A stretch of 12,757 nt of DNA from Octopus sinensis (GCF_006345805.1 NW_021826454.1:1-12757); one strand, 5' to 3'; counted from the first letter of the stretch, positions 1 through 10,865 are shown. A program made the numbers and translations. Notes: a model not told the origin generated them from the letters alone.

Positions 1-1847
1 CCAATGTCTTCAAATCTAGGGACATGTCTTATGTGCATAATATATAACGCAATAATTACATAATCTCAATTACACCCATTTTCTCACATCTAGAGACCTT
101 CCAAATTATTAAATTATATATTATGAAATTAATTAAATAATCTAAAGTACCCCCATGTCTTCAAATCTATGGACATCTCTTAATTGCATAATATATTACG
201 CAATTAATTACATAATTTCAAGTACACACATTTCCTAACATCTAGAGACCTTCCAAATTAAATTATATATTTTGAAATTAATTACATAATCTCAAGTACC
301 CCCTGGTCTTCAAACCTATGGACATCTCTTAATTGCATAATATATTACGATATTAATTACATAATCTCAAGTACTCCCATGTTCTCACATCTTGAGACGC
401 TCACAAATTGTAAAATATATTACGTAATTCATTAAATAATCTCAAGGACCCCCATGTCTTCAAATCTAGGGACATGTCTTAATTGCATAATATATAACGC
501 AATTAATTACATAATCTCAATTACACACATTTTCTCACATCTAGAGACCTTCCAAATTAAATTATTATTATTAAATTAATTAAATAATCTCAAGTACCCC
601 CTTGTATTCAAATCTATGGACATCTCTTAATTGCATAATATATTACGCAATTAATTACTTAATTTCAAGTACACACATTTCCTAACATCTAGAGACCTTC
701 CAAATTACATTATATATTATGAAATTAATTTCATAAACTCAAGTACTCAAATGTTCTCACATCTTGAGACGCTCCCAAATTGTAAAATATATTAGGCAAT
801 TCTTTAAATAATCTCAAGTACCCAATGTCTTCAAATCTAGGGACATCTCTTATTTGCATAATATATAACGCAATTAATTACATAATCACAATTACACCCA
901 TTTTCTCACATCTAGAGACCTTCCAAATTAAATTATATATTTTGAAATTAATTACATAATCTCAAGTACCCCCTGGTCTTCAAACCTATGGACATCTCTT
1001 AATTGCATAATATATTACGATATTAATTACATAATCTCAAGTACTCCCATGTTCTCACATCTTGAGACGCTCCCAAATTGTAAAATATATTAGGCAATTT
1101 TTTAAATAATCTCAAGTACCCCAATGTCTTCAAATCTAGGGACATGTCTTATTTGCATAATATATAACGCAATTAATTACATAATCTCAATTACACCCAT
1201 TTTCAAACATCTAGAGACCTTCCAAATTAAATTATATATTATGAAATTAATTAAATAATCTCAAGTACCCCCTTGTCTTCAAATCTATGGACATCTCTTA
1301 ATTGCATAATATATTACGCAATTAATTACATAATTTCAAGTACACACATTTCCTAACATCTAGAGACCTTCCAAATTACATTATATATGAAATTAATTAC
1401 ATAACTTCAAGTACACCATGTTCTCACATCTTGAGACGCTCACAAATGTAAAATATATTAGGCAATTCTTTAAATAATCTCAAGTACCCCAATGTCTTCA
1501 AATCTAGGGACATGTCTTATGTGCATAATATATAACGCAATTAATTACATAATCTCAATTACACCCATTTTCTCACATCTAGAGACCTTCCAAATTAAAT
1601 TATATATTATAAAATTAATTAAATAATCTCAAGTACACCTTTGTCTTCAAATCTATGGACATCTCTTAATTGCATAATATATTACGCAATTAATTACATA
1701 ATTTCAAGTACACACATTTCCTAACATCTAGAGACCTTCCAAATTACATTATATATTATGAAATTAATTACATAATTTCAAGTACACCCATGTTCTCACA
1801 TCTTGAGACGCTCACAAATTGTAAAATATATTAGGCAATTCTTTAAA

Positions 1848-2295
1848 TAATCTCAAGTACCCCAATGTCTTCAAATCTAGGGACATGTCTTATGTGCATA
1901 ATATATAACGCAATTAATTACATAATCTCAATTACACCCATTTTCTCACATCTAGAGACCTTCCAAATTAAATTATATATTATGAAATTAATTAAATAAT
2001 CTAAAGTACCCCCATGTCTTCAAATCTATGGACATCTCTTAATTGCATAATATATTACGCAATTAATTACATAATTTCAAGTACACACATTTCCTAACAT
2101 CTAGAGACCTTCCAAATTAAATTATATATTTTGAAATTAATTACATAATCTCAAGTACCCCCTGGTCTTCAAACCTATGGACATCTCTTAATTGTATAAT
2201 ATATTACGATATTAATTACATAATTTCAAGTACTCCCATGTTCTCACATCTTGAGACGCTCACAAATTGTAAAATATATTACGTAATTCATTAGA
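1848..2295. repeat. ABABAC block duplicating 1-436 at ~1.86 kb (25-subunit) spacing
   Basis: Shared rare variants in the same order: cttatgtgc, tctaaagtacccccatg, tttgaaatt, aaacctatgg...acgatatt, gctcaca...acgtaattc. Confidence 0.85.
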
Positions 2296-2612
2296 TAATC
2301 TCAAGGACTCCCATGTCTTCAAATCAGGGACATCTTTTAATTGCATAATATATAACGAAATTAATTACATAATCTCAAGTACTCCCATGTTCTCACATCT
2401 TGAGACGCTCACAAATTGTAAAATATATTACGTAATTCATTAGATAATCTCATACGCAATAATTACATATCTCAAGTACTTCCCATGTTCTCACATCTTG
2501 AGACGCTCACAAATTGTAAATATATTACGTATCATTAGATAATCTCAAGGACTCCCATGTCTCAATCAGGAACATCCTCTTAATTGCATAATATATAACG
2601 AAATTAATTACA
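2221..2612. repeat. Local C-A dimer (~149 bp) amplification, ~3 copies, one with a truncated A
   Basis: C subunits ending ttaga (2221, 2370, 2468) and A subunits with gactccc/acgaaatt (2296, 2540) occur only here. A at 2445-2467 is only 23 bp. Confidence 0.8.
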
Positions 2613-3604
2613 TAATCTCAATTACACCCATTTTCTCTATGAAATTAATTAAATAATCTAAAGTACCCCCTTGTCTTCAAATCTATGGACATCTCTTAAT
2701 TGCTAATATATTACGCAATTATTACATAATTTCAAGTACAAACATTCCTAACATCTAGAGACCTTTAAAATTAAATATATATTATAAATAATTACATAAA
2801 CTCAAGTACTCCAATGTTCTCGCATCTTGAGACGCTCCCAAATTGTAAAATATATTAGGCAATTCTTTAAATATCTCAAGTACCCCCTGTCTTAAATCTC
2901 TAGGGACATGTCTTAATTGCATAATATATAACGCAATTAATTACATAATCTCAATTACAACCCATTTTCTCACATCTAGAGACCTTCCAAATTAAATTAT
3001 ATATTATAAAATTAATTAAATAATCTCAAGTACACTTTGTCTTCAATCTATGGACATCTCTTAATTGCTTAATATTTACGCAATTAATTACATAATTTCA
3101 AGTACCACACATTTCCTAACATCTAGAGACCTTCCAAATTACATTATATATTATGAAATTAATTACATAATTTCAAGTACACCCCGTTCTCACATCTTGA
3201 GACGCTCCCAAATTGTAAAATATATTAGGCAATTTTTAAATAATCTCAAGTACCCCCATGTCTTCAAATCTAGGGCATGTCTTAATTGCATAATATATAA
3301 CGCAATTAATTACATAATCTCAATTACATCCATTTCCTAACATCTAGAGACCTTCCAAAATTACATTATATATTTTGAAATTAATTACATAATCTCAAGT
3401 ACCCCCTTGTCTTCAATCTATGGACATCTCTTAATTGCTAATATATTACGCAATAATTACATAATTTCAAGTACACACATTTCTAACATCTAGAGACCTT
3501 CCAAATACATTATATATTATGAAATTAATTACATAAACTCAAGTACTCAAATGTTCTCACATCTAGACGCTCCCAATTGTAAAATATATTAGGCAATTCT
3601 TTAA

Positions 3605-4572
3605 AATCTCAAGTACCCCCATGTCTTCAAATCTAGGGACATCTCTTAATTGCAATTATATAACGCAATTAATTACATAATCTCAATTACACCCATTTTC
3701 TCATATCTAGAGACCTTCCAAATTACATTATATATTATGAAATTAATTACATAATCTCAAGTACTCCCATGTTCTCACATCTTGAGACGCTCCCAAATTG
3801 TAAAACATATTACGCAATTCATTAAATAATCTCAAGTACCCCCTGGTCTTCAAATCTATGGACATCTCTTAATTGCATAATATATTACGCAATTAATTAC
3901 ATAATTTCAAGTACACCCATGTTCTCACATCTTGAGAAGCTCCCAAATTGTAAAATATATTAGGCAAATTCTTTAAATAATTTCAAGTACCCCAATGTTT
4001 TCAAATCTAGGGACATGTCTTATTTGCACAATATATAACGCAATTAATTACATAATCTCAATTACACCCATTTTCTCACATCTAGAGACCTTCAAATTAC
4101 TTATATATTATGAAATTAGTTACATAACTCAAGTACTCCTCCATGTCTCACATCTTGAGACGCTCCCAAATTGTAAAACATATTACATTACGCAATTCTT
4201 TAAATAATCTCAAGTACCCCAATGTCTTCAAATCTAGGGACATGTCTTATTTGCATAATATATAACGCAATTAATTACATAATCTCAAGTACTCCATGTT
4301 CTCACATCTTGAGAAGCTCCCAAATTGTAAAATATATTAGGCAATTCTTAAATAATCTCAAGTACCCCTGTCTTCCAAATCTATGGACATCTCTTAATTG
4401 CATAATATATTACGCAATAATTACATAATTTCAAGTACACCATTTCTCAACATCTAGAGACCTTCCAAATTACATTATATATTATGAATTAATTACATAA
4501 TCTCAAGTACTCCCATGTTCCTCACATCTTGAGACGCTCATAATTGTAACACATATTACGCAATTCATTAAA
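3605..4572. repeat. Domain II: ABCAC 5-subunit unit (~373 bp), ~2.6 copies
   Basis: Order is ABC AC ABC AC ABC. The first C carries catatt (3752, 4125, 4498) and the second C carries gagaagct (3902, 4280). Confidence 0.8.
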
Positions 4573-4793
4573 TAATCTCAAGTACCCCCTGGTCTTCAAA
4601 TCTATGGACATCTCTTAATTGCATAATATATTACGCAATTAATTACATAATCTCAATTACACCCATTTTCTCACATCTAGAGACCTTCAAATTACATTAT
4701 ATATTATGAAATTAATTACATAATCTCAAGTACTCTCATGTTCTCACATCTTGAGACGCTCCCAATTGTAAAAATGTTACGCAATTCATTAAA

Positions 4794-5608
4794 TAATCTC
4801 AAGTACCCCCTGGTCCTCAAATCTAGGGACATGTCTTATTTGCATAATATATAACGCAATATATTACATAATCTCAAGTACACCATTTTCTCATATCTTG
4901 AGACCTTCCAAATTACCTTATATATTATGAAATTAATTACATAATCTCAAGTATTTCCATGTTCTCACATCTTGAGACGCTCACAATTTTAGAATATATT
5001 ACACAATTCATTAAATAATCTAAAGTACCCCAATGTCTTCCAATCTAGGGACATCTCTTAATTGCATAATATATAACGCAATATATTACATAATCTCAAG
5101 TACTCCCATGTTCTCACATCTTGAGACGCTCCCAAATTGTAAAATATGTTAGGCAATTCATTAAATAATCTAAAGTACCCCAATGTCTTGCAATCTAGGA
5201 CATCTCTTAATTGCATATATATAACGCAATATATTACATAATTTCAAGTACCACGCATTTTCTCACATCTAGAGACCTTTCAAATTACATTATATATTAT
5301 GAAATTAATTACATAAACTCAAGTACTCCCATTCTCACATCTTGAGACGCTCCCAATTGTAAAATATGTTAGGCAATCTTTAAATAATCTCAAGGACCCC
5401 CATGTCTTCAAATCTAGGGACATCTCTTAATTGCATAATATATAACGCAATTAATTACATAATCTCAATTACACCCATTTTCTCACATCTAGAGACCTTT
5501 CAAATTACATTATATATTATGAAATTAATTACATAATCTCAAGTACTCTCATTTTCTCAAATCTTGAGACGCTCCCAAATTGTAAAAAATATTACGCAAT
5601 TCATTAAA
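4794..5608. repeat. 11-subunit cassette ABC-AC-ABC-ABC (~810-820 bp); also at 7026-7831, 11457-12265 and 12266-12757 (partial)
   Basis: Diagnostic series in all four copies: B ctcatatc, C tatt(t)ccatg, A gtcttccaat, C, A gtcttgcaat. Confidence 0.88.
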
Positions 5609-6493
5609 TAATCTCAAGTACCCCCTGGTCTTCAAATCTATGGACATCTCTTAATTGCATAATATATTACGCAATTAATTACATAATTTCAAGTACACCC
5701 ATTTCATAACATCTAGAGGCCTTCCAAATTACAATATATATTATGAAATTAATTACATAAACTCAAGTACTCAAATGTTCTCACATCTTGAGACGCTCCC
5801 AAATTGTAAAATATATTAGGCAATTCTTTAAATAATCTCAAGTGCCCCAATGTCTTCATTCTGAGGACATGTCTTATTTGCATAATATATAACGCAATTA
5901 ATTACATAACTCAATAACACCCATTTTCTCACATCTAGAGACCGTCCAAATTACATTATATATTATGAAATTAATTACATAATCTCAAGTACTCCCATGT
6001 TTCTCACATCTTGAGACGCTTCCAAATTGTAAAAATATTACGTAATTCATTAATAATCTCAAGGCCCCCATGTCTTCAAATCTAGATACATGTCTAATTG
6101 CATAATATATAACGCAATTAATTACATAATTCAATTACACCCACATTTTCTCACATCTAGAGACCTTCCAAATTACATTATATATATGAAATGAATTACA
6201 TAAACTCAAGTACTCCCATGTTCTCACATCTTGAGACGCTCCCAAATTGTAAAATATGTTAGGCAATTCTTTAAATAATCTCAAGACCCCCATGTCTTCA
6301 AATCTAGGGACATCTCTTAATTGCATAATATATAACACAATTAATTACATAATCTCAATTACACCCATTTTCTCACATCTAGAGACCTTTCAATACATTA
6401 TATATTATGAAATTAATTACATATCTCAAGTACTCTCATGTTCTCACATCTTGAGACGCTCCCAAATTTAAAAATATTACGCAATTCATTAAA

Positions 6494-6582
6494 TTCTCAA
6501 GTACCCCCTGGTCCTCAAATCTAGGGACATGTCTTATTTGTGAGACGCTCCCAAATTGTAAAAATATTACGCAATTCATTAA
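6494..6582 (+). repeat. Out-of-register A/C fusion subunit, copy 1 (junction 6540/6541)
   Basis: ggtcctcaaatctagggacatgtcttatttg is joined directly to tgagacgctcccaaattg. Confidence 0.9.
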
Positions 6583-8487
6583 TATCTCAAGTACCCCTGG
6601 TCTTCAATCTATGGACATCTCTTAATTGCATAATATATTACGCAATTAATTACATAATTTCAAAGTACAACCATTTCATAACATCTAGAGGCCTTCCAAA
6701 TTACAATATATATTATGAAATGAATTACATAAACTCAAGTACTCCAATGTTCTCACATCTTGAGACGCTCCCAATTGTAAAATATGTTAGGCAATTCTTT
6801 AATAATCTCAAGTACCCCTGGTCTTCAAATCTATGGACATCTCTTAATTGCATAATATATTACGCAATTAATTACATAATCTCAATTACACCCATTTTCT
6901 CACATCTAGAGACCTTTCAAATTACATTATATATTATGAAATTAATTACATAATCTCAAGTACTCTCATGTTCTCACATCTTGAGACGCTCCCAAATTGT
7001 AAAAAATATTACGCAATTCATTAAATAATCTCAAGTACCCCCTGGTCCTCAAATCTAGGGACATGTCTTATTTGCATAATATATAACGCAATATATTACA
7101 TAATCTCAAGTACACGCATTTTCTCATATCGTGAGACCTTCCAAATTACCTTATATATTTTGAAATTAATTACATAATCTCAAGTATTTCCATGTTCACA
7201 TCTTGAGACGCTCACAAATTTTAAAATATATTACCAATTCATTAAATAATCTAAAGTACCCCAATGTCTTCCAATCTAGGGACATCTCTTAATTGCATAA
7301 TATATAACGCAATATATACATATCTCAAGTACTCCCATGTTTCTCACATCTTGAGACGCTCCCAATTGTAAAATATGTTAGGCAATTCATTAAATAATCT
7401 AAAGTACCCCAATGTCTTGCAATCTAGGACATCTCTTAATTGCATAATTATACGCAATATATTACTATCTCAAGTACACCATTTTCTCACATCTAGAGAC
7501 CTTTCAAATTACATTATATATTATGAAATTAATTACATAAACTCAAGTACTCCCATGTTCTCACATCTTGAGACGCTCCCAAATTGTAAAATATGTTAGG
7601 CAATTCTTTAAATAATCTCAAGGACCCCCATGTCTTCAAATCTAGGACATCTCTTATTGCATATATATAACGCAATTAATTACATAATCTCAATTACCAT
7701 ACCCATTTCTCACATCTAAGACCTTCAAATTACATTATATATTATGAAATTAATTACATAATCTCAAGTACTCTCATTTTCTCAAATCTTGAGACGCTCC
7801 CAAATTGTAAAAATATTACGCATTCATTAAATAATCTCAAACCCCCTGGTCTTCAAATCTATGGACTCTCTTATTGCATAAATATTACGCAATTAATTAC
7901 ATATTCAAGTACACCACCATTTCATAACATCTAGAGGCCTTCCAAATTACAATATATATTATGAAATGAATTACATACTCAACTACTCCAATGTTCTCAC
8001 ATCTTGAGACGCTCCCAAATTGTAAATATGTTAGGCAATTCTTTAATAATCTCCAGTACCCCAATGTCTTCAATTCTGAGGACATGTCTTATTGCATATA
8101 TATAACGCAATTAATTACATAACTCAATAACACCCATTTTCTCACATCTAGACCGTCCAAATTACATTATATATTATGAAATTAATTACATAATCTCAAG
8201 TACTCCCTGTTCTCACATCTTGAGACGCTCCCAAATTGTAAATATATTACGTAATTCATTAATAATCTCAAGGACCCCCATGTCTTCAAATCTAGATACA
8301 TGTCTTAATTGCATAATATATAACGCAATTAATTACATAATCTCAATTACACCCATTTTCTCACATCTAGAGACCTTCCAAAATTACATTATATATTATG
8401 AAATGAATTACATAAACTCAAGTACTCCCATGTTCTCACATCTTGAGACGCTCCCAAATTGTAAAATATGTTAGGCAATTCTTTAAA

Positions 8488-8711
8488 TAATCTCAAGGAC
8501 CCCCATGTCTTCAAATCTAGGGACATCTCTTAATTGCATAATATATAACGCAATTAATTACATAATCTCAATTACACCCATTTTCTCACATCTAGAGACC
8601 TTTCAAATTACATTATATATTATGAAATTAATTACATAATCTCAAGTACTCTCATGTTCTCACATCTTGAGACGCTCCCAAATTGTAAAAAATATTACGC
8701 AATTCATTAAA
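8488..8711 (+). repeat. Representative clean ABC trimer (A 8488-8562, B 8563-8636, C 8637-8711), 224 bp
   Basis: Lengths are 75+74+75. The three subunits align colinearly with a single 1-bp gap in B. Manual consensus identities: A/B 58/75, B/C 59/75, A/C 56/75. Confidence 0.95.
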
Positions 8712-8804
8712 TAATCTCAAGTACCCCCTGGTCCTCAAATCTAGGGACATGTCTTATTTGTGAGACGCTCCCAAATTGTAAAAAATATTACGCAATTCAT
8801 TAAA
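8712..8804 (+). repeat. Out-of-register A/C fusion subunit, copy 2 (93 bp = A 1-49 + C 32-75; junction 8760/8761)
   Basis: The junction sequence atttg|tgagacgctc is identical to that at 6540/6541. Confidence 0.92.
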
Positions 8805-9532
8805 TAATCTCAAGTACCCCTGGTCTTCAAATCTATGGACATCTCTTAATTGCATAATATATTACGCATTAATTACATAATTTCATACCACCATTTCATA
8901 ACATCTAGAGGCCTTCCAAATTACAATATATATTATGAATGAATTACATAACTCAAGTACTCCATGTTCTCACATCTTGAGACGCTCCCAATTGTAAAAT
9001 ATGTTAGGCAATTCTTTAAATAATCTCAAGTACCCCAATGTCTTCAATCTATGACATGTCTTATTTGCATATATATAACGCAATTAATTACATAATCTCA
9101 GAACACCCATTTTCTCACATCTAGAGACCGTCCAATTACATTATATATTATGAAATGAATTACATAACTCAAGTACTCTCAATTTTCTCATCTTGAGACG
9201 CTCCCAATTGTAAAATATGTTAGGCAATTCTTAAATAATCTCAAGTACCCCAATTCTTCAAATCTGAGGACATGTCCTTATTTGCATATATATAAACGCA
9301 ATTAATTACATAATCTCAATAACACCCATTTTCTCACATCTAGAGACCGTCAACTTACATTATATATTATGAAATTAATTACATAATCTCAAGTACTCCT
9401 ATGTCTCACACTCTTGAGACGCTCCCAAATTGTAAAATATATTACGTAATTCATTAAATAATCTCAGGACCCCCATGTCTTCAAATCTGAGGACATGTCT
9501 TATTTGCATAATATATAACGCAATTAATTACA

Positions 9533-10865
9533 TAATCTCAATAACACCCATTTTCTCACATCTAGAGACCGTCCAAATTACATTATATATTATGAAATTA
9601 ATTACATAATCTCAAGTACTCCTATGTTCTCACATCTTGAGACGCTCCCAAATTGTAAAATATATTACGTAATTCATTAAATATCTCAGGACCCCCATGT
9701 CTTCAAATCTAGGACATGTCTTAATTGCATAATATATAACGCAATTAATTACATAATCTCAATTACACCCATTTTCTCACATCTAGAGACCTTCCAAATT
9801 ACATATATATTATGAAATGAATTACATAAACTCAAGTACTCCCATGTTCTCACATCTTGAGACGCTCTCAAATTGTAAAATATGTTAGGCAATTCTTTAA
9901 ATAATCTCAAGGACCCCCATTTCTTCAAATCTAGGAACATCTCTTAATTGCATAATATATAACGCAAATAATTACATATTTCAAGTACACACATTTCCTA
10001 ACATCTAGAGACCTTCCAAATTATTTATAATATGAAATTAATTACATAAACTCAAGTACTCAAATGTTTCACATCTTGAGACGCTCCCAAATTGTAAAAT
10101 ATATTAGGCAATTCTTTAATAATCTCAGTACCCCAATGTCTTCAAATCTAGGGACATGTCTTATTTGCATAATATATAACGCAATTAATTACATAATCTC
10201 AATAACACCCATTTTCTCACATCTAGAGACCGTCCAAATTACATTATATATTATGAAATTAATTACATAATCTCAAGTACTCCTATGTTCTCACATCTTG
10301 AGACGCTCCCAAATTGTAAAATATATTACGTAATTCATTAAATAATCTCAAGGACCCCCATGTCTTCAAATCTAGGGACATGTCTTAATTGCATAATATA
10401 TAACGCAATTAATTACATAATCTCAATTACACCCATTTTCTCACATCTAGAGACCTTCCAAAATTACATTATATATTATGAAATGAATTATACATAAACG
10501 CAAGTACTCCCATGTTCTCACATCTTGAGACGCTCTCAAATGTAAAATATGTTAGGCAATTCTTTAAATAATCTCAAGGACCCCCATGTCTTCAAATCTA
10601 GGAACATCTCTTAATTGCATAATATATAACGCAAATAATTACATAATTTCAAGTACACACATTTCCTAACATCTAGAGACCTTCCAAATTACATTATATA
10701 ATATGAAATTAATTACATAAACTCAAGTACTCAAATGTTTTCACATCTTGAGACGCTCCCAAATTGTAAAATATATTAGGCAATTCTTTAAATAATCTCA
10801 AGTACCCCAATGTCTTCAAATCTAGGGACATGTCTTATTTGATAATATATAACGCAATAATTACA
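9533..10865. repeat. 9-subunit (3 x ABC, ~670 bp) tandem duplication: 9533-10193 and 10194-10865
   Basis: Repeated marker order: B aataac/accgtc, C ctcctatg, B aatgaatt, C gctctcaa, A ggaac (9934, 10601), B ataatatg, C ctcaaatgttt. Confidence 0.87.

Larger units (their letters stand above)
1..3604. repeat. Domain I: ABABC-dominated higher-order units (~372 bp) with ABAC and ABABAC variants; the only domain with B->A junctions
   Basis: ABABC at 437-808, 1107-1474, 1475-1847, 2872-3240 and 3241-3604; ABAC at 809-1106; ABABAC at 1-436 and 1848-2295. Confidence 0.9.
4573..6802. repeat. 30-subunit higher-order repeat, copy 1 (2230 bp as read)
   Basis: Same subunit order and private variants as 6803-9020: ggtcctc, taccttat, tatttcc, cttcc/cttgc, ctctcattttctcaaat, gaggcc x2, ctgagg, accgtc, ctagatac, and the A/C fusion. 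Confidence 0.9.
6803..9020. repeat. 30-subunit higher-order repeat, copy 2 (2218 bp as read)
   Basis: Marker offsets from copy 1: gaggcc 5716->7934 and 6688->8908; agatac 6084->8294; fusion junction 6540->8760. Confidence 0.9.
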
